A stretch of 63,104 nt of DNA, the filler included, from Squatina squatina (taxonomy: Eukaryota), in assembly GCA_031763465.1 (NCBI GenBank). It is 4 parts of 4 records of this genome, joined end to end, with 100 filler letters (N's around TTAATTAATTAA, not from the genome) between each part and the next. Parts side by side here need not be neighbours in the genome. Positions count along the whole stretch, not along the records: positions 12,075 to 37,969 come from JARFOE010000203.1; positions 38,070 to 50,962 come from JARFOE010000019.1; 2 more parts are not named here. One strand, given 5' to 3'. Position 1 is the stretch's first letter; the number at the start of each line of letters is the position of its first letter. The notes under the pieces were generated by a model. It saw only the letters and a list, made by a program, of their open reading frames with translations. It had not been told where the DNA came from and made no database searches. Both the position numbers and the translations under genes were made by a program. Shown one piece after another: positions 35,081-47,905 of this stretch.

Positions 35081-35180
35081 NNNNNNNNNNNNNNNNNNNN
35101 NNNNNNNNNNNNNNNNNNNNNNNNNNNNNNNNNNNNNNNNNNNNNNNNNNNNNNNNNNNNNNNNNNNNNNNNNNNNNNNN

Positions 35181-35740
35181 TTTCCCCCTCTTAATCAATC
35201 TCTTTGTCCTCCTTTGCTGAATTCTAAACTGCTCCCAATCCTCAGGCTTGATACTTTATATGACTCCTGTTTCGATCTAATACTATCCTTAATTTCTTTT
35301 GTTAGCCATGGTTGGGTCACTTTTCCTGTTGTGTTTTTGTACCAGAAAGGAATGTATAACTGTTCCAATTCATGCCTTCGTTCCTTAAATGTTAGCCATT
35401 GCCTATCAACTGTCATGCCTTTTAATGAAGCTCCCCAATCAATCGTAGCCAACTCGCCCCTCATACCTTCGCAGTTTCCTTCATTTAGATTTAGGACTCG
35501 AGTTTTGGATTGAACTATATCACTTTCAAACTTAATAAAGAATTCTATCATGTTATGGTCACTCTTCCCTAAAGGCCCCTGCACATCAAGATTGTTAATT
35601 AATCCCTTCTCATTGGACAATATCAAATCTAGGATAGCCTGTTCCGGAGTTGGTTTCTCAACATACTGGTCTAAGAAACCATCTCATACACACTCCAGGA
35701 ATTCATATTCCACAGTATTATTGCTAATTTGGTTTGGCCA
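35181..35740 (-). mobile_element. CR1-clade LINE ORF2 fragment (end of APE endonuclease plus linker)
   Basis: ORF 35195-35626 contains PLGKSDHNMIEF, W.TFKE and QPWLTKEIKDSI. Confidence 0.9.
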
Positions 35741-37969
35741 CTTTTCAGTCAGTTGAAAACATTTTAAAAAATGATTTTGAGGGAGGGAGACTGGAATTTT
35801 TTTTTAAACTTATTGGCAGGGTTATTTAGAACACCAGTCAGGGAATAGTATGACAAATCAAAATGCAGTGGCAGTCAAAAACTCATTATTATACATTTAT
35901 CGCCAAATGAGAACTGCAACTCAGGTCACAGATGTTCTTAACCAATCAGTGTACATATATAATAAAATATTGTAAAGATATGGTGAAAACCATCAACCCA
36001 TCCTGTTCTATTGTACAGCATGAAACAATTCACAATGTAAGTGCTGTACAACATACTAAAACAATTGCAAAATACTGCAAATGCAATTGTTTATTTATAT
36101 ACGCATGCATTAAAAAAACACCCACAATTATGTTAAAATGCCACTGAAGAAAAAAGGTTCTTGTACCTCTCTCTCCAGGTACAGGAAAACTCACATGAAT
36201 AGGTACCACTGTACAATGGGTAATTTTATGATGCAGTCTACTCTTATTTTGAAGATAATTCAGATTATCGACATGCATTTTTTTGTGACCACTAAATTCC
36301 TACTTAAGTGCTCAAAAAAAGCTGAATTCAAAGAACGAGATCTAATTAACTTCAAGATAAGCATAGATGGTATTATGAAATTACTTACTGTAGAGCGAGA
36401 CATTGCTCAATTCAAATAATTGGTCAATTTAATTTTTTTTGTAAAAATCTTTGACTTATGAGGAGCAGATTGTACCGGATATACAATTTCTCTACTCAAC
36501 TGTCCATTTCCTTTTAATCCAGCAATATTTCTGCAACAACTTTGACCCTCTTGAGAATATCATTTTATTCAGCTTCTAGGTTACTTCACAATCCCACAAA
36601 ATAAAAATTTACTTCAGGTTCAACTCTTCAAAAATCACTGATTAAGTGACTTTAATCTGCTGTGAGAAGCCCAATGCAATAAAAATGTCAACGGTTCCCC
36701 TGGGGATCAAATGACATTAATAAAGCACCCTACCTTTTTCTGATAATTTCTATTATTTAAACCCACCTGATCAGATTACATAGTTGTAATCACTCACTAA
36801 TAGAAGCTAAAATAATTTAGCCTTGCGCAGAGACATCTCCTTATGCTTATGAACCCATCCAGTAAATTCTAATTTCTAATAAGCATGTTCTGTTATGAAC
36901 TGGCATTACATTTAGTTTTGATGTCTGCTCTCATTATACAGGGCTCACAAAGTGACCGTTCTTATTCCCAATAATTCAGGTCCGGATATGGTTTATATTT
37001 CTTCCTGGAGACAAGAATGTAACCCACAAGCAAAAAGTTACAGAAACAATCATAACTAGGACACAAATTCAATTTTCACTTTACAAACTGATCCTAGTTT
37101 CCTAACCACCATTGTACGTTATAAAGTCAGCATCACTAGTTTAGAATAAGCAAAGCATATGCTACATTTGATTTCCTCTACCAGAATAAAGCCACAGAAT
37201 CTCTCACCAACAAGACAATTACTTTTCAGTCCTTGCTAAAGATGCATCAAACCCAAGCCTGCTTGCATTGGCGTAAGGGTATATATACACAAGGCTTAAA
37301 TAAAACATAAAAATCCAAAATTATGCACACNNNNNNNNNNNNNNNNNNNNNNNNNNNNNNNNNNNNNNNNNNNNNNNNNNNNNNNNNNNNNNNNNNNNNN
37401 NNNNNNNNNNNNNNNNNNNNNNNNNNNNNNATTTACTGCGAGGGCCAGCAAACCCCCTGGGGCCAAAACAACAGGTGAATGACAAAAGTAATCGGGAAGT
37501 AGGGCGGCCAGCTGGATTGTCGGAGGGAGGGAGGGCTGAGGGAATTTGGAAGTCCGGGGAAAAAATGAATTAAAAAGCAGGAGACTGAGGGTGTATTACA
37601 CTACAGTTGTGACATTGGTGTGAAGTGGTTTAATTTCACACTGATACTATAGTTGTCATCTAAGTGACAGCTGGTTTATACAAGATCAGTGGCTGTGGAG
37701 AGCCAAAACAGCTTCGCACTGGCACTAAACCTGCAAGGGTAGAATTTCCTCTCCTACCATCCGACAGGCACATGTGGGAGGAGAAAGAATCCTGCGTGAC
37801 CCAGGCACACGCTCACCCCTTGGCTGGGCCTCGTGTCAGACAACCAGATAGGGCACTGGAGCCTAAAAGACCCGAGGTGTAGATCTGACTGCAGACATCG
37901 GGTCCAAAGAGCATCAGGGTCGGGAGGAAATTACCTTAAAACCAATGGCTCCTCTTTAACTTTGACCTA

Positions 37970-38069
37970 NNNNNNNNNNNNNNNNNNNNNNNNNNNNNNN
38001 NNNNNNNNNNNNNTTAATTAATTAANNNNNNNNNNNNNNNNNNNNNNNNNNNNNNNNNNNNNNNNNNNN
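37970..38069. other. Artificial scaffold-join linker N44-TTAATTAATTAA-N44
   Basis: 12-mer at 38014-38025, centred in 100 nt. Confidence 0.97.
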
Positions 38070-38131
38070 TCTCCCCATATCCCTTGATCCCTTTAGCAAT
38101 AAGAACTATATCTAACTCCTTCTTTAATATA
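38070..38131 (-). mobile_element. CR1 3'-region fragment abutting the LDB3 splice acceptor
   Basis: 38070-38119 matches the reverse complement of the CR1 copy at 16051-16100 (...CTTTAGC..TAA.AACTATATCTAACTCC). Confidence 0.8.
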
Positions 38132-38148
38132 ATTTGTCTTTTCTTCAG

Positions 38149-38238
38149 GTGTGCCATGTGAATCTAGAGGGTCAGCCATTTTATTCCAAAAAGGACAAGC
38201 CACTCTGCAAGAAGCATGCTCACGCCATTAATGTTTGA
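38149..38238 (+). CDS. LDB3: LIM domain binding 3 (ZASP/Cypher) terminal coding exon, end of LIM3
   Basis: TTTTCTTCAG acceptor. Encodes [29 protein letters not shown] (human LDB3 [29 protein letters not shown]; PDLIM5 and PDLIM7 differ at HVN and QPFY). Too short for the ORF track. Confidence 0.93.
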   Translation: MCHVNLEGQPFYSKKDKPLCKKHAHAINV

Positions 38239-39154
38239 ACCTCAGGGACCATCAAAAGAAAGAACCTGGAGGAAACATGTTTATAAGGAGCACATGGAGA
38301 GGAGCTACCTCTTCCAACAAACAGAACCCACAGCTGCCTTTTAAGTCTTTTCATTCTTGTACTTTTTGTTTTCATTTTGATTAAGTTTCAAATAATTTAA
38401 CTAAGATTGTGAGTGATTGTAAACATTAATTTGCTGGGTGGGGTGCAGGGCATTGTGGGAATGCACTTTTTCCACAGCCAAAACAGTAGCATCTCACAAT
38501 GCTTTATCAGGCATACTCAATACTAACAAAACACATTGCACATAAGCGGAAAGTTTACAGAGTTCAGCTTGATGAATGCTATTCTTCTGATCCTGATTTG
38601 ATAGCTAATGCTTCTCAAAACCGGCAGGTTTCCAATTGAACTAGATAGTATCTGCACCTGCATTAAGCAGCCATCCTTTAGACTATGTCTGTAATTACTG
38701 TGTTAAGTGGCCTAGTCCTGTCTTTTTTTGTAAAGGCTCTGTCTGGTTAGTGGATTTAAGTTGTAGTGTAGTTGCACTGATACTCTGTGGTTTCATCATG
38801 TACCATTGAGTTTGTACGTGGATTTGGTAAACAACCAAAGCCAACTACTAACTATGTAATAGTTCCACTTTCTTATTTAGAGTGTTTAAGATATCTGCTT
38901 AAGGAGCAAAAACCTGAGTATGGGCATATATGATGACGAGGGTCCTCTCACTGCTGTCCCCATTTTTATGTGTTCATGGAAGAGAAGGGGTAGAATTTAC
39001 CAGCTTGCAGTGTGGAGCCGACAGCACACTATTCTGACAGTACTGCAACCTGTGATTCCACATTTATGCTTGAACAATTACTTTGAACCTTAAAATAAGC
39101 TTGGGTAGACAAGAGCCATGTCACAAATCAACTGGCATGCTTCCTAAAGCTTAT

Positions 39155-41331
39155 GGGGTAGAGTTTCAGTTGCGCTGATTATTTTCGCCGCAATTCGCCT
39201 GAAATTGGCCAAAGCAGCACAAAAGATCGCGGGATTTTAAGTGCAAATTACATTCAGTGCAAATTATATTTCCACGATCTTTTGCACTAGTTTAAAAAAA
39301 CATCACGCCAGATGCTGGCCCCGTCCACAGAACTGGCTGAATTAATCGCCTTTGGGAGTTTCTGCTAATGGCGCCCATTTGCCTTTGAGGAGGCTCCAAA
39401 ATTACGATGGTTCTTTTGGGCACGAGAACACTAATAGNNNNNNNNNNNNNNNNNNNNNNNNNNNNNNNNNNNNNNNNNNNNNNNNNNNNNNNNNNNNNNN
39501 NNNNNNNNNNNNNNNNNNNNNNNNNNNNNNNNNNNNNTATGTTTTTTTTTTACATATAGAAGTCAGTGTATGTTTTGATGCACTTAATGCAGAAAATAAA
39601 CATGGTGGTATTCTAGGACCGTGGTCAGGTCACAGGAGGTTAAACGCGGGTTGTGCAGAGTGCACTGTACCACATCTGAACACGGTATTGTCAGTCACAT
39701 GACACATCCTTTCAATGCGAACGGCATAAAAGGCTGTGAAACATTTAGCTGGTCATGTGACCTCAACAGCACTGACCGTTTTCTGTCAGCTTGCAGTAGC
39801 TGTGCGGAATTAATCCTTTAATTGCACTCATTTGCAGGCATTTCAGGAGGCTCCAAAACTTAAGTTGGTTCTTTGACACTAACAGGAATGGTTTAAAATC
39901 TCTTCAATTTTTAAAAATATATTAGGAAACTGACTACTGTACCCCAATATAACGAGCAAATTACTCTGTATATTAATCATTTTCAGTAATTTAAAATCTG
40001 GCTACTCGCAGGCGGTGGATTGAAATTATGATTAAAAATGCTTTTTTTTTGTGATTTTTAAACCCATTTTCAGCTGTATTATTCAAACTGCACCAAGTTA
40101 CCACTCTTGTACATCAANNNNNNNNNNNNNNNNNNNNNNNNNNNNNNNNNNNNNNNNNNNNNNNNNNNNNNNNNNNNNNNNNNNNNNNNNNNNNNNNNNN
40201 NNNNNNNNNNNNNNNNNCCTTCAATTAAGTGATATTAATTACTTAAGGGCCCTTCGCACCACAATCACAACCACAAATTAAAGACCTTCTAAAATTTATC
40301 AACTATTAGCCTTAAATGTCAAACTAAAGAGTAGTATAAATACTCGCCAGACGGTACTCACCAAATCAGCTGCCTCTTGCCAGCGTCACTTTTTGCAATG
40401 TGACATAGCTCTGGAACGCTGCCCTCTGTCTGTGAAATGGGCAAAAACAGCCCGCGCTTTTTACTTACCAGCTGTTCCCGCTCCGCTCAGCTCAGCTCTG
40501 ATATCAAGAAATCTGATTAAAGTTTGACTAAATTGGGAATTTCCACTTTATGATGCCCATCCAACTAACTGTACACTCTAGTTGCCTCATGAGTGAGCAC
40601 TTAATGGGGAGAGAAAGCTCAGCGGGAATATCTGTAGCCCAAAGTGCTCCCTTTTATAAAAGAAATGGGGTAGATTTTCGCTCGGTTGTCCTGGTTTTTT
40701 CCACGCAATTTGCCGAAAATCAGTGTGAGCCGCACAGCAGCTAGTGGTTTTTTAAGCTCAAATTACATTTGGCGCAAATAGAGTTCCCGCGATTTATTTG
40801 CATTAGCTTAAAAAACATCACACTCAAACTTGGCCCCACCCACACCACTGGCCCCACCCCCAAGATGAATTCATCACCATTGGGAGATTCCGCTAATTGG
40901 GCTCATTTGCAGGCCATTCAGGAGGCTTCAAAAACTAAGCTGGATCTTTTGGGTCTAAGGACTCTTAGGGCATGTTTTAAATGTTTTTGAATGTAATTTT
41001 AAAATTTTTTACTGAGAAACTGATTACTGTTTCCCAATAGAACAAGCAAATGGTTCTGTATTTTTTTAAAGTAATTTTCAGGTTACTCATAGATAGTGGA
41101 TTGACACAGATTAAAATGCTTATTATTTGTAATAAACCCTTTTTCAGCTGTATTAATCAAACTGCACCAAGTTACCATTTTTGAAAGCAACATATATTTG
41201 GAAAAGCAGCCCGATTGCATTGGCTGATGGTAGTTTAGCATTTGGCGATATGCAAATGAGTTTGAGCGGAAACTCAAGAAATAAAAAACACTTCTCAAAA
41301 TAGTCATAATTTTGGGGCACAATTCCGGCCC
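39155..41331. mobile_element. Cluster of related non-autonomous DNA-element (MITE-like) copies beginning GGGGTAGA
   Basis: 39155-39437 aligns with 40667-40960, 39827-40103 with 40902-41177, and 40370-40490 with 49350-49460. Confidence 0.7.
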
Positions 41332-43728
41332 GTATTGCCAATTTNNNNNNNNNNNNNNNNNNNNNNNNNNNNNNNNNNNNNNNNNNNNNNNNNNNNNNNN
41401 NNNNNNNNNNNNNNNNNNNNNNNNNNNNNNNNNNNNNNNNNNNNTGAAATTTTGTTAGGAGTTATTGAGAGAACATTTGTACTGTGTTCACCTCTGAACA
41501 AAACTGATGTTAGAGAGGGTGGGCTTATCCACAGGGGAAATCATTCTCAATGACATCATCTTACCTATAACTCTAAGATAAGAAATTATATTGTGACAAC
41601 TCAGAAATAAACAGCAGAGTGCTCTGACCATAGGGCTGTGGAACAACAGACCAAATGGAGTCATGTAAGGTCAGTCTTCACATTAGGTTTAGTTTCTCAT
41701 CAATAACGTCTTTGATTTTTGAAGTAACATTCATGTTTTATATACTGCACAAATGCTGCTGCGATGTGTAAAAATGGAAAGGAAATTACTATAGCAGAAT
41801 GTTTGCTGGGTTGAACCAATCATTTAACTTTTTTCTTTAAATATAATGTAACATTTTGAGATTGATGTGATATGCAATAATATGGTTAAGATTAGAGAAA
41901 GCTCCTATTAAGGCTTGCCTATTCAGATATATTACCTTGTTGTGATTATAATAAATGCAGATTATTGCATCTAATACACATTTTCTTTCATGTCTTTGGA
42001 CAAGTGCTTCCCTGGGGCCATTCTTGAACTTTTCAATGGGAAATTATGTAATCTGGTACATTCTGAACAAGAATCATCATTTTTACAATAATGACTGATT
42101 TGTAATTTGATAATCCAAACTGCCTTGCTTTGTTTGTAAATTGGAAAAAATGGTGAAATGGATCATTAACTGTTTGAAGTGTTGGATCCATTCTTCCCTC
42201 ATTCAGAACAATTACTTCACGCACCTTTCGAAATCAAAAATCTGAATTGGTTCACCCTTTATTTGTAACAGGAGCCGAATGAATGTGTGAGTGGGGTGTG
42301 TGACCTGCCTGAAAGTTATTTAATTTTATTAGACTTTTTTTGCTGAGAATGTGTACCAACCTCTGGCTATAGGAATGTTTTTCAGTGTAATGGAAGAGAG
42401 AGGGGCCTACTGATACAGTACCTTTATGTGACAGCAGTAAAATATACTTTATGCTACTGAGCATGTGGCATTAGTTAGGCTAATACTGCCTTCTACTGTG
42501 GGTGACTAATTTGAGTATTAATTTTAGGAATGCTGAATGATTTGAGTTAGCATATTGATAGTATCACTGGATGAACTTTAAATTATGCTATGGATTTTTA
42601 AATACGTTTCTGGTTTTTAAAAAATGAATTTGAAATCACTTGTTCTTATTACACTTGCATGTGCTGTTGCAAAGACACTTCTTTGAGTTGGGAGATTGGT
42701 CTGATATTGCAAAAATAATTCATATGTAAATCTGATTGGCCTCTGTACCCAAGAGTTCCAGGTGTTCTGTCCTGTAGAACATCTGGACTGTAATAAACAG
42801 CTGTAGGCCAAAGGGTTTGTTCTTATTTTCAATTTTGCATGACCTTGAACGCATGAAAGATATATCTCTGACACTGTATCAATAAATATAATTTGCTTGG
42901 AGTTGGTATTCAGTGTGTTATTTTNNNNNNNNNNNNNNNNNNNNNNNNNNNNNNNNNNNNNNNNNNNNNNNNNNNNNNNNNNNNNNNNNNNNNNNNNNNN
43001 NCGCACAAGTGTATACATGCCAGCCTACAAAACTCAGAAATGCTGACTAACTGCTTCAGAAATCCCTCAAAAAGCTGACAACTCAAAAATCAATGTAAAA
43101 CTGAAAAACAACCCAGTATAAAGGCCTGTGAGCAAAACTATTGTTTGAAGATGATTAAGTTAAATTCCTTATTATTGCTTTGCTCTGCAGGATTTTTATT
43201 AAGTGTTTTGGGATCGCATTCTGCAATTCGGATTTTTGTGAAAACTGAAATGCAATGGTCTCCCCATGACATACAGAAAGTAATTATAATAGGAATGCAG
43301 TCGGACATGAGCTTGTCGTGACTTAAGATGCATCTATACCCAATATTCTATTAATTATGTTATGGGGGGAGGGGAATGAATTACACAAAACAGGACTTTT
43401 TAGTGCTGGGTTTAGGAATTTGTGAAAGAAGAAGTGAGCTCTGGTATAAAATTTACTTCCCAGGTCATGCTCCCCGTGCCCCAAGGAAACATTAACCAAT
43501 TTTTGTCATGTTTTGTAGCATTTTGAAGTGTACTGATTCAGTAGTCAGGAGAGGGAGACCCAGAGAGTGCGCAATGACACCAAGGAGTGTCACTGGAACC
43601 CTTTTGTTATGCCCTCCTGTCCCTGGAGNNNNNNNNNNNNNNNNNNNNNNNNNNNNNNNNNNNNNNNNNNNNNNNNNNNNNNNNNNNNNNNNNNNNNNNN
43701 NNNNNNNNNNNNNNNNNNNNNNNNNNNN

Positions 43729-44167
43729 TAGCACACTCACCTCTTGAGTCACAAGATTGTGGGTTCAAGTCCTACTCTAGGGACATGAGCACATAAATCT
43801 AGGCTGTCACTCCAGTGCAGTACTGAGGCTGCACTGTCGGAGGTGCCGTCTTTCAGATGAGAGGTTAAACCGAGGCCCTATCTGCGCGCTCAGGCGGCGT
43901 AAAAGATCCCATGGCTCTATTTTGAAGCAGAGCAGGGGCGTTATCTCCGGTGTCCTGGATGATATTTATCCCTCAATCAACATCCCAAAAACAGATCATA
44001 TGGCTATTATTACACTCTTGTTTGTGGGAGCTTGCTGTGCGCAAATTGGCTGCCGTGCTTCCCACATACAAGTGACTACACTTCAAAAGTACTTCATTGG
44101 CTGTAAAACTCTTTGAGATGCCCTGTGGTAGTGAAAGGCACTATATAAATGTAAGTCTTTCTCTTTC
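43729..44167 (+). mobile_element. DeuSINE (SacSINE1-like), essentially full length
   Basis: tRNA-derived head with B box GGTTCAAGTCC, Deu core GAGGTGCCGTCTTTCAGATGAGA..TTAAACCGAGGCCC, and L2-like tail TGAAAGGCACTATATAAATG. Confidence 0.9.
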
Positions 44168-44220
44168 ATCCGTAGTATCTTGCTTCTGTATTAAAGTTAC
44201 TTAAAAATTGTTTTGAAGTA

Positions 44221-44325
44221 TTTTAGTTGCCTAGAGTTGATATTAAAGTAACAAAGCCTCTTATGACAAAGCTTTGTTACTTTAAGACGCTTTGTTACTT
44301 TAATATCAACTCTAGGCAATTGAAA
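44221..44325. repeat. Perfect 31-bp inverted repeat (hairpin/cruciform)
   Basis: TTGCCTAGAGTTGATATTAAAGTAACAAAGC (44227-44257) has its exact reverse complement at 44289-44319. Confidence 0.95.
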
Positions 44326-46029
44326 CAGCTCAGTTGCTGTATTGATGTTTCTTTCAGCATCAGCTGAGAATAAATGGAAATCTTGCAGTTAGTGATTATT
44401 AAAATCATTTTTTTTCCAATTTTCACTGATAAATTCCTTGACATTTTTTCGGGTGGTGAATTGATTAAAAAACGAAGATTTCTTCCAAATTTGGAAGTAA
44501 ATCCTGAAATTTGCCCTGTTATTAACCAAAAAACAGGTCCAGGGACGTGTGTGAATTGTATTGGTGATGTCAGCACACAGATTACATGCTGTAGGTGCCA
44601 TGCTGACATCTTAGATGTGATGCATGTGCATCTTCGGAGCCAGTGTCTGGCAGGGAAAGAAATGAAGGCTGTGCAATTTAATTTTTTGAAGTGGCTCTGG
44701 TTCACCCTTGCGCACTGCAGTGAGGACTATTCTTTGTGCTGCAGTAAATGTCTGATGTTTTTTCAGTTGGGTATGGAGCGTGGGCAGCAGTGCACTGACA
44801 TTACCACACTGATCGCCCCTTGAAGACTGTCGATGAAAGGCAGCCTTAGGTCATACATTAAGTCATTTTACTAAAAGTAAGATCGCAAACGTTCTCCTCT
44901 ACATAATCTCCAACAATTTTTATTATCCCACCATCATATGGCCGGGAGCCACAATAAGAAACGCAGGTTCTTCAATTTTACTTTCAACTGAAACACTATC
45001 TAGGGTTTAAGTAGAGTCTTATGGTGAGCCCCATAAAAGTGGTGAACTGTATAAATAATTCTGGGTTGTCATTTAGTATAACTGCATCTGATTTTTTTGC
45101 TTGCTTTTTTGAGTTCTAGCGATATTCAAAATAAAACCTTTTTCCAGATTTTCTCTGAATTTACTCAGAAGTTCAGATGTTTTTTTTAAAAAAAAGTAAA
45201 GCCTAAGAAATCTGTTTTTGATCACTAAAAGTAAAACCTGGGAACGAACAGGCTATTAAATCAGCAAGAAAAAACTGATTTTAAAGCTTAAAGTGGCTTA
45301 CTTATAAGGTGGAAAAGGGAAACTGGAATTTCTGTGGATGTTGGCATTAAGTAAAGATGAAACTTTGCGGAAAACTAATTAACACCATTTAGTGACGTAC
45401 TCAGAATCCTGGTTTAATTTGTTACCCTGCTACTCTGGCTGAACCAAAATAGGACATGGCATGCTAACCATCCGATTTTGAAAACTAATATGGTGTAAGG
45501 GGCTCCAAAGAATGAGTCCAAGGAAGTAGATTCTGTGTCCAGTTGTGATGACTGTTTCTGCAAGAAGCAGTGGGAAGAAATTCAGAAGAGCAACAAAGAT
45601 GATTCCAGCTTTTGCCTGATTAAACTTTGGGAAATATCCTTTCAAGAGTTGCAACTTAAGTTGGAAATTCAACAGACTGCATCACTCTGGCTTGTGTTTT
45701 TATGTGGAAAAATAGTAGTTCCTCATTACATTGGGACTGCAGCAATACCAGAACATTTGGGCAGAATAATATTGTCTAAGTGATTCATATCCAGCTTAAA
45801 ACCCAGCCCTAAATGCTCTCCAGTAATTCAATAGTTTTACATGAGGATGTTGTATTCAGTGCGAGTGTAGATTTATTACTGAGATCAGACAAAGCTCTTA
45901 AACTGTTGAATCAAATACCTACCTGGAAAGAACTCAGTAAAGTCTCTCCCTCTCTAAAAATTACTGTATGAATCTATGGATCTCATAGTTGGCAGATTGG
46001 ATTCCTTCGATAACTCAGAATTAAGTTGT

Positions 46030-46155
46030 TTCTACATAAAACATTAGCTCGGCCCCAGCTGGAGTAATGTGTCCACTTCTGGGCACCACGCTTTGGGAAG
46101 GACATAAAGACTTTGGACAGGCTGCAGACGAGATTTACTAGAATGGTCCCAGGGA
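46030..46155 (+). mobile_element. CR1-clade ORF2 C-terminal fragment
   Basis: Degenerate [36 protein letters not shown] motif. Confidence 0.8.
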
Positions 46156-46640
46156 TAAGAACATGTGAATTAGAAGCAGGAGTAGGCCATTTGGCCCCTC
46201 GAACCTGCTCCGCCATTCGATGAGATCATGGCTGATCTGATCTTGGTCTCAACTCCACTTTTCTGTCTGTTCCCCATAACCCTCGACTCCCCTGTAGTTC
46301 AAAAATCTGTCTATTTTAGCCATGAATATATTCAATGACTCAGCCTCCACAGCTCTCTGGGGTAAAGAATTCCAAAGATTCACGACCCTCTGAGAGAAAA
46401 AATTCCTCCCCATCTCCGTCTTAAATGGGTGACCCCTTATTCTGAGACTATGCCCCCTAGTTCTAGATTCCCCCAAGAGGGGAAACATCCTCTCAGCATT
46501 TACCCTGTCAAGCCCCCTCAGAATCTTACATGTTTCAATAAGATCATCTCTCATTCTTCGAAACTCCAATGAGTATAGGCCCAACCTCTCAAGCTTTCCT
46601 CATAAGACAACCCTTCCATCAACCTAGTGAACCTTCTTTG
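46156..46640 (-). mobile_element. CR1-clade LINE 3' end
   Basis: ORF 46249-46584 LYSLEFRRMRDDLIET..TRGHSLRI..NFFSQRVVNLWNSLP plus the CR1 3'UTR. Confidence 0.92.
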
Positions 46641-47752
46641 ACTCATATTCACTCGTCTCACTTCACTACAAGATTTATCACAAATTCTGTATTACAGTAA
46701 TGTGGCCAGCCAAGTGAATGGAATGGGGAAGGGATAGTGGGTGGAGCAGATGTATATTGTTGCTCTCAGATTCAACGTAGCTGGGTAATATTTTCTTGTT
46801 ACACAATTGCTCCCCTCTTCTGAAGGAAATGGATCATGCAGAGTTACAGTTTCATGAATGCCAAGAAACCTTAGGTACCTGGCACAAGTGGCCATACTTC
46901 ATGGGTGATGCTATTGAACTATAGGAGGCACTACATCCAAGTAGATTGATGTTCTCATCAGCATCCCCCAACATCTACTTCTCCAGCACAAGTCATTGGG
47001 TAGCAATAAGAATCAGGAACCTTAGTTTATTTTTTTCACCAGAGACCGTTTGTTGTGCCTCAACTACTCCGGGCCATGATGAATTTAGCTACTGAACTAC
47101 TGGGGAAGCTAGCTATGGAATTTTGATGATTTACAGTTGCAGTGCCTTGGCAAGGACATGTGATATTATTAATCATGACACTTTAATAGCAAACTTTAAA
47201 GACTTGTCAGGTTAGGTCACATTCAAAGTAACTGAAGCACAGGAAAGAACAAATAGAGAGAGAAAATACAGAGGAAACGATACTGGCTCCTCGGGACTGT
47301 CTCCATCGATATGCCGATTCTCACTGAATGTTAATGATTTGCTGACTGCATTACCTAACTTATACATAAAGCTCTCTGCTGATGGTGATGTGCTTTGTTT
47401 GTCAGGTAGAAATACTAACCATCTCTTCCACGACACCCGCTATAATCAGCAGCAGTGTTAAACTGGCAGTGTACAAACAAACTGATGTCAAATGTTAGCT
47501 AAACTGAGCAAGTGTCGTTTGGTTCTTGATTCGCGAATATGTGCCACTGTCGCTTCCCATTAACACTGGGGTACCAAGCCAAGGACAGAGTTCTGTGATC
47601 CCTAAATTGTCAGTCTTCACTCAATGTCAGCATTCTTTTCTCTGAATTAGGCNNNNNNNNNNNNNNNNNNNNNNNNNNNNNNNNNNNNNNNNNNNNNNNN
47701 NNNNNNNNNNNNNNNNNNNNNNNNNNNNNNNNNNNNNNNNNNNNNNNNNNNN

Positions 47753-47905
47753 TGCTCAAAAATCTGTCCATCTCAGCCTTGAATATATTCAATGACTCAG
47801 CCTCCACAGCTCTCTGGGGTAAAGAATTCAAAAGATTCACAACCCTCTGAGAGAAGAAATTCCCCCTCATCTGTCTTAAATGGGCGACCCCTTATTCTGA
47901 GACTC
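47753..47905 (-). mobile_element. CR1-clade LINE fragment
   Basis: Near copy of 46298-46450 (NFFSQRVVNLLNSLPQRAVEA). Confidence 0.88.

Noticed and set aside
44374-44823. 149-aa plus-strand ORF (and the overlapping 136-aa minus-strand ORF)
   Set aside because: No recognisable domain or splice context; most likely chance ORFs.
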